Below are positions 13,121-25,535 of a stretch of DNA of 64,000 bases, piece after piece. Location: the NCBI GenBank assembly GCA_951406725.2, contig OX597826.1:64790001-64854000 (forward strand), written 5' to 3'. Below the pieces are notes generated by a model. The model searched no databases. It saw only the letters and a list, made by a program, of their open reading frames with translations, and was not told the DNA's origin. Origin of the DNA: Octopus vulgaris. Taxonomy: Eukaryota. The position numbers and the translations under genes are program-made. Positions within the stretch are counted from its first letter, which is position 1. Each line of letters opens with the position of its first letter.

Positions 13121-14283
13121 GATGTTTATATATTATAATGGGTTGTGTATAGGATTGGTGTAAGTGTTTGTAAATTGTATATATAAGTTAATGGATAAAT
13201 GATTGAAAAAGAAGTAGGAATAAATTTATGCTTTTTCTTCCTGCTTTTTTTTTTCATAGTATTTGATCCATATGGTTTATGAAAATGTAAATGTTAACTC
13301 TGTTTTATAGATGTTTGTTAATTTCATTTTGTTCTAATTTTTGTTTGTTTCGTTTTTATCTGGTTTAGTTTTACATGTTCAAAAAAAAAGCACGAGAAAC
13401 TTCCAAATAAAAATAGCTTATATTACATGTGCTATACCCACTTTTTTTTTTGCCTTTTTTCTTCACTGGTGTTTTACCTAAATGTTAATTACCTGGCTTC
13501 CTTCTTACTTCTTGCCTGCTCATTAGTTTCTCTCTGCCAATTGGGATTATCAATAGTCTTGGAGGAATTAATTGAGACGCTTATATAAAGCTTGTAGATA
13601 TTTTTTAAGCAAGCAGCAGGCCAATAGTTTCCTGCCAAGTGGGTGTTTATACATTCTTGGCTGCAAAATTTGTGCTTGCTGCTATGTATGTCAAGCCAAT
13701 CTTTGTGTCAATTTGACCAGCAATACTTTTAAATATGGCCGTCATTGACTCTCTGTAGAACGCCAACATCTTGTATCAGCACCCAAGTATTAAGTCTCTA
13801 GACACTTTCTCCACTTGTAACTTGAATGAAAAATTCAGAGTTTATGGTGAAAGCTTTGCTGTTGCTGTTCATACAGAATTGCTTCCTTATTTATCATGAT
13901 ATATTAAAGGTTGAAATCCTTCTTTTCATTCCATATTCTTGTCCAAAAATGATTTAAGAACTTCAGAATGAGCTCTTTTTCTCTGCCATACAGCAAGTGT
14001 GGTGGCAGTAAAATTGTGGTGGATGGCAGCTCGTTAAAGTAGATGTTGTTTTTTTTACTTTTTTTATATGTCAACAGATGTGCTGCTTCTATCTTGCAGA
14101 CTTCACAGCCAAGATTTGAGTTCACGTCATCAGGCGCATATTTCGGCAATTGACGTTACATGCAATCAATCGTGTTTATCCTGGTTGTGACGTGTTTATG
14201 CTGTCCGTGTGTTTATTCCAGTTTTGTGTTGTTATATGAGAATTGCATCCATAATTAATTGTCTATTTTGTAGGGAAGAAATA

Positions 14284-14510
14284 TGGCGGCCAGCTGGCAG
14301 AAACGTTAGCACGCCGGGCGAAATACTTAGCGGTATTTCGTCTGTCGCTACGTTCTGAGTTCAAATTACGCCGAGGTCGACTTTGCCTTTCGGGGTCGAT
14401 TAAATCAGTACCAGTTACGCACTGGGCTCGATATAATCGACTTAATCCGTTTGTCTGTCCTTGCTTGTCCTCTCTGTGTTTAGCCCCTTGTGGGTAATAA
14501 AGAAATAGGA
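14284..14510 (+). mobile_element. SINE family B monomer
   Basis: ggcggccagctggcagaaacgttagc...gtgggtaataaagaaatagg. Confidence 0.88.
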
Positions 14511-15362
14511 ATAAATAGTATGGGTGTATTGTTCATTATTATTTTTCCACTTTAGCTTTGTGTTGTGTAGTTACAATTGTTCCTTGTTGTAAATGTATGG
14601 CGAGCCTACGAGAGAATGTTGTGCTCGTTTGGCCATTGTGAGAATTAGAACCGAGAAGTTTACAATCTTCACTTTTACAAACTGCAAATAAGAACATAAT
14701 TTATAAATTCACGTGTAAGGGTGAAAGTTGTAAACTTCACGATTCTGACTGTTACATTTGACCACAATAACTCAATATAATATTGTTGTATCTCTTTAGT
14801 GTCGTACATCTGCTGAGGAACAGTAATTGTAATGTTACATCACTTCAATGATGGTTCATTGTTGGGGAGGAGTAACTACCGTACAAACCTGTAATAACTG
14901 TAAAGGAGTATGTCATATCTTTAACTTGATTTGAGAGTATAGTTGAAGACATTTGTTCAAAGTACTGCGCCGTGGGACGAAACTCGAAGCCACGTGGTTG
15001 CAAAGCCAGCTACTTCTGTGAAGTCAATGTTAAAAAGGAGTAACTTCAACGTGGTACCAATTTGGTGACCTGATAAAGAAATTCTTTAGAATGCTTTAGT
15101 AAATTAAGTAATAAATGATGTCAAATTTATAACATTAGCAGAATATATCTTAATTAAATAATTCGAGAGGTGCAACTGTAGTGGAAGTGGGGCAGTAGTG
15201 TGTTTATAGCTGAAACTAAGTATGGCGCTGGTGGTGAAGATGATATTGGTGTCTTTATCTTTTTTATCTTTTACTTGTTTCCGTCATTGGACTGCGACCA
15301 TGCTGGAGCACAGCTTTATAGAATTTTTAATCGACGCCAGTACCTATTACTGTTATTAGTAT

Positions 15363-15531
15363 TGGTGGCGAGCTGGCAGAAACGTTAGCACGCTGGGCGA
15401 AATGCCTAGCAGTATTTCGTCTGCCGCTACGTTCTGAGTTCAAATTCCGCCGAGGTCGACTTTGCCTTTCATCCTTTCGGGGTCGATAAATTAAGTACCA
15501 GTTGCGCACTGGGGTCGATATGATCGACTTA
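15363..15531 (+). mobile_element. SINE family B, 3'-truncated
   Basis: Family consensus match. Confidence 0.85.
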
Positions 15532-15554
15532 TATATTTATCTCTATATATATAT

Positions 15555-15916
15555 AATAGAAATATTAAAATTACTAAGTCTCTCTAAAAGAGATTACGGC
15601 AGCGTTCCTGGAAATTAATAGTTATCGCCATACTAATATGGCATTCTTATAAAAATAAGAAAAAAACTGTCCGCTTATTAGCTCCATGAGGCCATCGCCT
15701 TAAGTTAGCTATTCGATACACAAACTGTATCCATATAACCTTCGAAGGTTATATGGATACAGTTTGTGTATCGAATAGCTAACTTAAGGCGATGGCCTCA
15801 TGGAGCTAATAAGCGGACAGCTTTTTTCTTATTTTTATAAGAATGCCAGTTTGTGTATCGAATAGCTAACTGGCGATAACCTCATGGAGCTAATATATAT
15901 ATATATTATATGGCGA

Positions 15917-15920
<4 letters not shown>
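15555..15920. mobile_element. Fold-back element with 210-bp palindrome (15639-15848) between (TA)n tracts
   Basis: Centre ccttc|gaagg at 15743/15744; tggcattc/gaatgcca ends; one mismatch seen; scrambled re-copies follow at 15849-15920. Confidence 0.75.
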
Positions 15921-15951
<31 letters not shown>

Positions 15952-15956
<5 letters not shown>

Positions 15957-16027
15957 TAGATAAACTTAGATAAACTTAGATGTGTTTCGACCAATGATTG
16001 GTCCAGGCCATGTCTAACTTAATAGCA
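15952..16027 (-). mobile_element. Extremely 5'-truncated copy of the CR1-like LINE 3' end with (ATCTAAGTTT)3 tail
   Basis: Reverse complement matches 18955-19020. Confidence 0.85.
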
Positions 16028-16424
16028 ATGTCTAACTTAATATATATATATAATCAAAGGACATACTAAGTATGCCTGCCTGCTGGAAATAACAGTCAAA
16101 ACTCTTATTTAAATCGTCCTTTGATTAATTTTAATTTTAATCCTTCAGCTATTTAATGCTTTTCTTGGCCATGCGATCGCCTGTATTATTAATTCTGCTT
16201 TTATCATTTTTTAAAATAGACATTCTTGATGATAAGGGTGACACGAAGTGAAAACTGAACCAAGAACCGCGTGGTTGGGAAGCAAGCCTCTTACCACACA
16301 GCCACGCCTGCCCCCGTTTGACTTACTGTTTGGTAGTGGTAGGCCAGTCAGTAGCAGCGGCGGCGGTAATGTGGTGTGGTGAGTTGATGCTGTTGTTGGT
16401 GTTGTAGTTGAGCTGTGGTAGTGA

Positions 16425-16425
16425 C

Positions 16426-16507
<82 letters not shown>

Positions 16508-16512
16508 TAGTA
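16425..16512. repeat. (TAG)n/(CAG)n trinucleotide repeat
   Basis: Directly visible. Confidence 0.95.
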
Positions 16513-16709
16513 GGTTTAGAGAGCATCAATACAAACGTGGTGGAGCTGTGGTTGGGGTTATATTTTTATGTATAGGTTAGGGGATATAGTTATGACTGGT
16601 GGTTTAGTTTTTGTTGTTGTTACTGAGGTGAAGCTGATGATGCTCGTGGTGCTGGTGGTGGCTTTGACTGTTTGGTGATTTAGGTGTTGTTGTACTTGCT
16701 GCTGCTGCT

Positions 16710-17016
16710 GTTGAGCGAAGCGGTCTTCGTCCCAGAGCTCGCAAGATGAGAGAAGTCCGAAACGTAGTCCTTTGCTATTCGTAAGACCCGCAGAAGAGAA
16801 AGCAGGCCAACCCCCGACACCGAGAGCATCGACGGATGGATGAATGCGCATCCAGGCTCAGCGGTTGCGTAGAAAGTCGGGGGACAAGAAACAGGAAGAA
16901 AGAGTGAGAGAAAGCTGGAGCGGAAGAGTACAACAGGGGTCACCACCATACCCTGCTGGAGCCTCGGGGAGCTTTAGGTGTCTTCGCTCAATAAACACAC
17001 ACAACGCCCGGTCTGG
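16710..17016 (-). mobile_element. SINE family C, head truncated
   Basis: Reverse complement of 51125-51415. Confidence 0.8.
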
Positions 17017-17302
17017 GATGATACCATATAGGAGCATGATGTGTTGACATATGATACAGTGTTTTTGTTAGTTATTGTCGTATGTTGACGTGATGGTGGT
17101 GGTGTCATCATGGTATTGATGATACCATATAGGAGCATGATGTGCTGACATATGATACAGTGTTTTTGTTAGTTATTGTCGTATGTTGACGTGATAGTGG
17201 TGGTGTCATCATGGTATTGATGATACCATATAGGAGCATGATGTGCTGACATATGATACAGTGTTTTTGTTAGTTATTGTCGTATGTTGACGTGATAGTG
17301 GT
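17017..17302. repeat. Tandem repeat, ~101-bp unit x ~2.8
   Basis: gatgataccatataggagcatgatgtg recurs at ~17017, 17118 and 17219. Confidence 0.92.
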
Positions 17303-17593
17303 CGTGGGGTATCACGACCTGGTTGTGATCATGCCACTGGTGCCAAGCTGTATCGTCCTTTCCCTTTCCCTTGGCTAACATCGGTGGCGTGTAGAGGGGA
17401 GGCTGGTATGCATGGGAGACTGCTGGTCTTCCATAAGTAACCTTACCCGGCCTTGTACCTCGGAGGGGAACTTTCTCGGTGCAATCCTGAGGTCGATTTG
17501 CTCGACTAAAGGTGGTGCTCCAGCATGGCCACAGTCAAATGGCTGAAACAAGTAAAAGATTATTAGTGGTTTTGTGATGATGTTACATTGGTA

Positions 17594-19021
17594 TGGAAAG
17601 AGTGTTTGAAAGAGTGTTAAGATCAAGGATAGCTGACTTCCTGGAGACCCACAAACTCCTAAATGCAAATCAGCATGGCTTTCGCTGTAGCAGGGACTGT
17701 CTAACACAGCTCTTACACCACATTGAAGATATACTCAAAGCCTTGGGAACAGGTTCGAACTCTGATGTCATATATCTTGACTTCAGTAAAGCGTTCGACA
17801 TAGTTGACCATAATATCCTACTCTCAAAATTGGCAAATGTTGGAATCCGTGGAAAACTTCTACACTGGATTAAGTATTTCCTGGCGAATAGAACACATGT
17901 TGCAGTTGATGGAGTCCACTCAAGCCCAGCAAAAGTCACCAGCGGTGTCCCCCAGGGGACTGTCTTGGGCCCGCTACTCTTTATAATTTACATAAACGAC
18001 CTTTCCAGTGTCGTAGATTACTGCAAAGTGAAAATATTTGCTGATGACACTAAGCTCCAGCAAATCATTAATGAAGAAGCAGACCGAACTCAACTCCAGT
18101 CTGATCTATATGCTGTGAGTCAATGGGCAGACAGAAACAAAATGCAACTGAACGAGGAAAAATTTGAGCTGATGCATTTTGGAAGAAATTCCTCACTAAA
18201 ACAGCCATACACTCTTCCTTCAGGGGAACCGCTCACAGCCTCTAACAATATCAGAGACCTGGGTGTAATTGTTGATGACGATCTCAGTTGGAGTGCACAC
18301 ATCAGCAATAAGGTCGATATAGCTCGTAGGATGAGTTCCTAGATCTTAAGAACGTTCTGGTCCAGAGAACAAGGTGTCATCATACCACTTTTTTCCTCCT
18401 TTGTACGGCCACACCTCGAATACTGCTGCCCACTGTGGTCTCCCCATACAAGACAAAACATCTCGAGGATTGAATCACCCCAGAGGGCACTCACTAAACG
18501 AATTGAAGGCATGGTTGCTCTCGATTATTGAGACCGCCTTAAAGCTTTGAAACTCTACTCTCTCCAGCGTCGCCGTGAGCGGTACATCATTTGTACGATG
18601 TGGAGAATATACCGCCAACTTTGCCCAAACAACCTGAACATTAGCTTCAAGGTTCATCCAAGACTGGGACCACGGGCCATACGTCCCCTGCCCAATTCAA
18701 GATCACAGCATACATGTACACTGCAACATAATTTCTTTTCCTAAACAGGCCCTGCCCTATTTAACATTGTCTCGAAAGAGATCAAAGAGGAAAAGGATCC
18801 CATCAACTTTAAACGGAGTCTGGATAGATTCCTTCAAGGAATACCAGATAAGCCACCCATAATTGGATACAACTCACCCAACAAAAACTCACTACTTGAA
18901 TGGACCATAAACAAAACTTGACTTAAACAGGATTTAGATAATCCTATCAGGTGGTGCTATTAAGTTAGACATGGCCTGGACCAATCTTTGGTCGAAACAT
19001 ATCTAAGTTCTATCTAAGTTT
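17594..19021 (+). mobile_element. 5'-truncated CR1/L2-group LINE: RT domain, C-terminus, 3' UTR and tail; contains stops
   Basis: QHGFR, IYLDFSKAFD, SGVPQGTVLGPLLFIIYINDL, FADDTK, RDLGVIVD, VRPHLEYCCPLWSP, LYSLQRRRER; ends tatctaagttctatctaagtt. Confidence 0.95.
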
Positions 19022-19079
19022 CATGGATGTGCTATTGACACACTGTATGGGGTGCTGCGATGGCGCTGTTAAGTGATCG

Positions 19080-19450
19080 GTAGTGGAGGCGATGTTGATG
19101 GTGGTGGCGGCGGCAGTGGTAGTGGTGTTAATGGTGATGGTAGTGATTTGTGATGCTGGTGGTGTTGATATTGGTTAGTGATGATTGATGCTCGTGGTGG
19201 TAGTAGTGATTGTGGTGATAGCAGTGGTGGTTGCTGGTTGAGGTTAGTGGTGGTGGCGGTGGTGGAGGTAGAAATAGTGGCGACTGGGCGTGATCGTGGA
19301 GTTGGTGGTAGCAGCGGTTGTGGTGTTGATAGTGGCAATAAGTGCATAAAGATTGTGGTAGTGAAATGTAGTAGAGATGATGTAGTTGCTGATGTTGTTG
19401 TTGATGGTAGTGGTAGTGCTGATGATGGTGGTGGTGGTGGTGGTAGGTGG
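19080..19450. repeat. Degenerate (GGT/GAT/GTA)n low-complexity tract
   Basis: Directly visible. Confidence 0.85.
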
Positions 19451-20142
19451 CCACATTGGCGATGTTAGAAGTGATACTGGTTGTTGTGCGATACTAATTG
19501 TGATAGTCACGTGGTGGAGTTTATTCCACGAACGTTCAAAAACAACATCCCGTGCTACATCATGCCACACACCAAGGTTACCGATACTAAATTGCTCACT
19601 GAACCGTTCGGAGCCTGCCAACTCGCTGGCGGATAGGAAGCTGAAAGCTGGAAGCTTTTATTTATATATATTTATTTTTTTAAATTTATTTATTTTTATA
19701 TTTTTTTTAAATATATATATATATTTTTTTTTTTTTTTAACCCTGCTTACACAGAAAATTGATATTGGGAGAACTGAAGAAAAAGTCGGGAAAGAAACGG
19801 ATCTCTTTGCCTCATTAAAAAAAATACTCATTTATTTATTTACTCTTTTACTTGTTTGTCATTAAATTGCGACCATGCTGGAGTTAGGTGAACGAATTGC
19901 CCTCCCCGCTAGCTTTTATTTTAAGTTTGATACTTATTTCATCAGTCTCTTTTGCCGGAATCTAAAAATATGGAGACATAAACAAACCAGCATCGTTTGT
20001 CAAGCTGCAGATGGACAAACAGAAGCACATAACCATACATACAGGAAAAAGAGAACTTCTATGGAATATTAATAAGGAGTTTGCAAATCCAGTATCCAAG
20101 ACACACTTTCAGTTTCATACCTATTATTATTGGAAAAATATG

Positions 20143-20801
20143 GGATCTTTTCATTTCCAAGGCCTGTTTTGTCAGATTTTTCTAGTTAACTAAATAATTT
20201 GAAACTTCGTATACTGGTAGAGTGTCTCAAAAGAAAACACTAGTTTCAACTTGTTTATTTGAGAAAAATGTATTTTATAACTTTAAGGGTAGATTAAATC
20301 TGCAATTTTAACCAATCGTATTGTTTGTTTTCATTTGACATAATTAACTGCATTATCTTAGTGTGACGTAGAAAGCTATTTTGTGACGTAGACAGCTGTG
20401 CGTAGGTCTGTGTTTTGTGTGCGTGTGTGTGTGTTTGATGGGGTGTGGGAGACAGAAAGTATGTTGTGTAAGTAAAGAAGTCCTTCTGTTAGTGTGTGTG
20501 AAGAGACAGAGAGAGTAATGTGTGAAAGAGAAAGATAACTGAAATTTTTTACTCGGTGTATGTGTATATGTATGTATGCATGTATGTGTGTGTGTGTGTA
20601 TGTATCTATGTATGTGTGTGTGTGTATGTATGTATGGCCGATTCAGTGTTTACATTATTTCGAGTTAAAACGAAAGATTACCAAAAAAAATGTCTTTATC
20701 TTCGATCACTGTCATTATTCCATTGAGTCAACCTCATTATTTTCTACATAGCAAAGGTAATCTTTCGTTTTAACTCGAAATAATGCAAACACTGAATCGG
20801 C

Positions 20802-20832
<31 letters not shown>

Positions 20833-21308
20833 ACATACACAGACATACGAAAGATTGCCAAAGATAAAAAGTTACAGAAATAAAAGTTACACGAATAAAG
20901 TAAGGAATAAAAATCACAAAAAATATACGAAAATTTACAAAAACTAAGTTAGTTATATAATATATAAGTTTAATATATAAGTTAGTTAATAATATATTTA
21001 AAAAATGTGAATAGAAACTGAAGGAATACGGTAACCGGGTGTTTACATTTCACGTATGTTAAATACGTCAGCAAAATAGCCGTTTACGTCTATCGAGACG
21101 GAGTAAATAATATGAAGCCGAAAGACCGAATACCATTGGTTAAAATTCTAATTATTAAACAACGTTAAACTTTGAAATTACAATTCCGTTTTCATTCTGG
21201 TTTACAATTATGTTTTCTTTTGACACATTCTACCAGTATACGAAGTTTCAAATTGTTTGGTTAAGTAGGAAAAATCTGAAAAAACAGGCCTTGGAAATGA
21301 AAAGATCC
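20143..21308. mobile_element. Non-autonomous DNA transposon with ~105-bp TIRs, Merlin-like
   Basis: TIR GGATCTTTTCATTTCCAAGGCCTG...; exact 8-bp TSD aaaatatg (20135-20142 and 21309-21316); 5'-GG ends plus 8-bp TSD fit Merlin/IS1016. Confidence 0.8.
20635..20803. mobile_element. MITE with ~48-bp TIRs, TA-flanked (Tc1/mariner-like), nested in the Merlin-like element
   Basis: ta|TGGCCGATTCAGTGTTT..GAAAGATTACC ... GGTAATCTTTC..CACTGAATCGGCCA|ta. Confidence 0.8.
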
Positions 21309-21479
21309 AAAATATGTATCACTCAGTCTTGAGTAAGGTTTGGGTGAATTTGGTTTCCAAATATTGCGAATTCAAACATCGACACACTTCCCATGCCCCC
21401 CCCACCCACAACTATAGAAATCAACAACATTTTAGAAGACACTATAAATTATTCAATTATAACAATAACTATGCAGGGC

Positions 21480-22175
21480 AGAATAGGAACAACTCGGGGA
21501 GGAGATGGGAAATTATATGGTTCACACGCCATTTTCCCCTCCAGGTCAGAAACCTCCTTAAATTATTTTCTTGCATTATCGGTAGGAACTTCCAACTACG
21601 TCATAAATATCATTCAATATTTAACAGATCCTGCCTTAAATCATCTTACTCAACCACACCCAATCTAGGATCTATAATCGCGGTCAACAATATAATTAAA
21701 CTTAGAAATAACAACACTAATAGTGATGATAACTTAGCTGACCTTAATATGAAGAATAATAAGAAACCTGATATTAAAAACAGAAAGGCTAAACCTGGAA
21801 ATAAAACAAGTAAAATATGTAATTGACGTAATAGGGAGCTTTATCCCCTAAAAGGTTTCAGTTTAAGGAGAGATATATAAAGTTGAAGTCTCAACCCTTA
21901 ATGAACCTAAAAAGATTTACATAGGTAGTACGACTGATTTTAAGATTATATATAGGGCGCATACAAACTCACTTACTAACCACGAAACAAAAAGCTTCAA
22001 CCACAAAAGAATTCAGTCTAGATTGGTCTATAATAACGGAAACCACACCATATAATACACACGAAAAATTGCAATTTATGCACGAAGGAGGCGATCCACA
22101 TACTCCGCGCCAACGAAAATAACTTACTTAATAAGATAGCTGATGTCATAACTACCTGTAGATATAAATATCTTT
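21480..22175 (+). pseudogene. Penelope-like element remnant: linker and GIY-YIG endonuclease, frameshifted
   Basis: IIWF...HKYHSIFNRSCLKSSYSTTPNLGSII, then CN*R..PL.G, IYKVEVSTLNEPKKIYIGSTTDFK, WSII..TPYN, CNLCTKEAIHIL..NLLNK..CR. Confidence 0.8.
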
Positions 22176-22559
22176 CAACTTTTAAATTCTTCCCCCAAAT
22201 AGTTAGCCTATAGGATCCTTCATATTATGGACTACTCTTCATATTACGGGCTCTTCTTAAAATACTATTATATATAGCGACGTTATGTACCTTCACCTGT
22301 AATTTTAATTTTATCATCTGCATGAAACATACGTTTTTTTTTTTAATTCTCAAACCTCTCATATCTCTTAAAATTTTAGCAACTCTTTGAATAACAACAC
22401 GGCGAGAATATCGGCACAAGGCCAGCAAGTTCGAAGCAGGGGCTAAGTGTTCAACTTATTTTAATAGCAACTTATTGTAATAGCAATCCAAAATAATCTT
22501 ATAATAGCAATGCTTAGGTAAGAAAGCATACTTGATTTTAAGATCACTGAATATAGATG

Positions 22560-23520
22560 CCAATCCCTCTTCTTCACACATTTTCAGGCCATGTTAGATG
22601 GAATTTTCAAGAAGAGATTTCGAACCCAATCATACTCATCTGTGTTTAATGACGGGAAATAAAAGTTTATTTTCTCTTCCAGATTTATCAAATGTTCAAA
22701 TACAATAGGAGTCATTTCTTTTATGCAGCTTTTATGTATTAAGGGAAACATTTCGAAGTCACCACCTTTTGCTCTATTTTTCCAAATTACAACTTTTTTT
22801 TTTTAATGAAGCCAACTTATCTGTCGAAGTGAAAATGTTTTCAACTCTACCTTACATACCTGTATTGACGCTATTAAGTTGTGCAAATATCTCTGTTAAA
22901 TATTCCAGCCTAGAAACCTAAAATTCACATTGTAGATATTCCAAGAAGCTTTCGTGTTTTTCTTCTTTAAAAAATGCATGCAATTCCTTCTGGAGTTCAT
23001 GTATGCACCTTACCTTTTGAGAGCCATCTGACTTTTGTGTGTAAAAGTAAGCGGTTGTGCTGGGAATCCATATCAACACAAATTTATTCAAATAAGCGAC
23101 ACATCAACGGCCTACTTTTAATATAATTAACTATTTCAACAATTTGGTTTAATACTTGCTTTAATTCAATTGGTATTGTTTTTGAAAGTAGTACCTCTCT
23201 ATGTAGGAAGCAATGAGTACGTATAGCATTAAGATTTTGCTGTTGTACAAGCGATACAAAACCTTTAATAGAGCCTATCATAGATGGTGACCCATTGGTA
23301 CATATTCCAACACATGGATAAATTCCGTTTTCCGAAGTAGGCAGACAAAATGTCAAAAAATATCTTGATCTCTTGTAGTGAGCGGTATTTCTTCGCAACA
23401 AAAGAACTGATTTATAATATGGTTAGCATCAATAAAGTGAATAAATGTAATTTGTGCTTTGTTGCTAATATCAGTTGATTCGTCAACCCATAGAGCAAAT
23501 TCTGAGTTCTTGATTTTTTA
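22560..23520 (-). pseudogene. hAT (Buster/Charlie, ZBED5/FAM200-like) transposase remnant
   Basis: EFALWVDESTDISNKAQ; GICTNGSPSMIGSIKGFV; THCFLHREVL; IVNYIKSRPL..RLF; frameshifts. Confidence 0.88.
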
Positions 23521-23559
23521 AATTTTTAGAATTTTTTATTGCCCACTGGGGTCCAAACA

Positions 23560-24160
23560 TAGAGAGGACGATACAAAGGTTGATGAACACAATTATGGAT
23601 ACATTAAAAATCGAATAAAAATGTTCACACTAGATACGAATGAAAATAACAAACAATAACACAAACAATGAAGTGGGGGACGGGTTCTGCTTTGACCCTG
23701 CAAGCCACGATCCACCACTGAGGCCTTTGAAAAACCTTATTAACACTCATGCAGATTCATTCACTCTCGCCATACTCGCAACAACCTTCCATCTTTTCTT
23801 ATATACATCCGGAGATAGGCACTCCTACTCCACCCTTATTTTCCTTCTCAGGCTGAAGGTGAGATACCTCACCAACCCAAGGCTGGAGATTAAAGTGCCT
23901 GTCACGATTCCATTCACACAAACTACCTCTTTCGCCATAGCAACTACAGCGAGAAAATAAGCCTTACTTTCTTTGTCAAAAGAGCAAGGGAGAACAATTT
24001 TTACGATCGACTCGGAAGACAGCACTTCCCAGCCCTGAAAACAGATGTTCAACGTGAACCCACATTTCTGAAATTTTAGGGCATTGCACAATCGTGTACA
24101 GAACGGTTTCCCTCTCCTGCTCGCATCTTGGGTATATGGGTGAACAGGAGCCACCATGCC
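23560..24160 (-). mobile_element. Probable L1/Tx1-like LINE 3' remnant
   Basis: AVVAMAKEVV...LRRKIRVE*ECLS...KRW..VA followed by T-rich UTR; family assignment from recall only. Confidence 0.45.
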
Positions 24161-24194
24161 TTGCAATTTATCGCGAATTATATTTGAGGCTGAT

Positions 24195-24616
24195 AAGGCG
24201 GCGAGCTGGCAGAATCGTTAGCACGCCAGGCGAAATGCTGAGGGGTATTTCGTCTGCCACTACGTTCTGAGTTCAAATTCCACCGAGGTCGACTTTGCCT
24301 CTCATCCTTTCGGGGTCGATAAATTAAGTACCAGTTATGCACTGGGGTCGATGTAATCTACTTAATCCGTTTGTCTGTCCTTGTTTGTCCTCTCTGTGTT
24401 TAGCCTCCTTGTGGGTAGTAAAGAAATAGGTATTTCGTCTGCTGCATCGTTCTGAGTTCAAATTCCACCGAGGTCGACTTTGCCTCTCATCCTTTCGGGG
24501 TCGATAAATTAAGTACCAGTTATGCACTGGGGTCGATATAATCGACTTACTCCGTTTGTCTCTCCTTGTTTGTCCTCTCTGTGTTTAGCCCCCTAGTGGG
24601 TAGTAAAAAAATAGGT
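24195..24616 (+). mobile_element. SINE family B dimer
   Basis: Second unit restarts at ggtatttcgtctg (~24429). Confidence 0.88.
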
Positions 24617-25216
24617 ATATTTGAGGCTGATTAGAGAGAGAGAGAGAAATGTCTGAACGGTGATATTTCGAATTAGGCTTCTTGTTCCTTAAGTATTTGA
24701 CAATAATATCACTATGACCAGTTTTCAAGATACCAGATGAAATGTCAAGTAGTAAAATCGGGTGCTTTATAAACTAAGTCAACTAATTTTGCTTCATGCT
24801 CTTTTTTTCTCTTAATTCTAATGCTAAACGTGTGTGTGTTTTGCTGTTGTTTCTTTTATTTGTTTTCTGATAACAGCCGTACATTTCGTGTCCTACTGTT
24901 CAAGCCTTGCTCACTGTAATCAGTGGTTAGTCATCTTCACTCATATAAAAGACATGTTCGACTTTGAATAAGATTGTTTCCGTGAGGAATAAGGGGTGGG
25001 TGTAGATTAAAGTTAAAAACGTTATTTTGTCATAACTTCAATGACAAACATTCAACAAGTTTTTTGTATAAATAAACTGCTTCTGCTTTTGTGCATATTG
25101 TAGTTGTTGTTGTTGTTGTTGTTGTCTTAACAATTGCTGTTCTTGTTGTTGTAGCAGTCTTTTATCTTTTTTTCTTTTTTGTTCTGAGTCATCTCTTTGT
25201 TAAGATGTAAAGTACT

Positions 25217-25535
25217 TCACACTTCACACACACACGTATACACATACACACGCACACACACACACGTATACACATACACACACACACACACGTATACACA
25301 TACACACACACACACGTATACACATACACACACACACACACAGAGTCACAAACACACACACACACGTATACACATACGCACACACACACACACACTTCAC
25401 ACACTCGCACACACACACACGTATACACATACGTATACACATACGCACACACACACACACTTCACACACTCGCACACACACACACGTATACACATACACA
25501 CACACATACACACACACATACACAGACACACATGT
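25217..25535. repeat. Complex (CA)n minisatellite with cacgtatacacata subunits
   Basis: Directly visible. Confidence 0.92.

Noticed and set aside
13500-14150. Coding-like stretch on minus strand
   Set aside because: Interrupted frames with no recognisable domain
18972-19002. Hairpin plus GAAAC as a hammerhead half
   Set aside because: No CUGANGA upstream; better explained as the CR1 3' stem-loop
19069-19621. His/Pro/Thr-rich proteins (also 5459-5722 and 27911-28241)
   Set aside because: Degenerate trinucleotide tracts open in several frames on both strands
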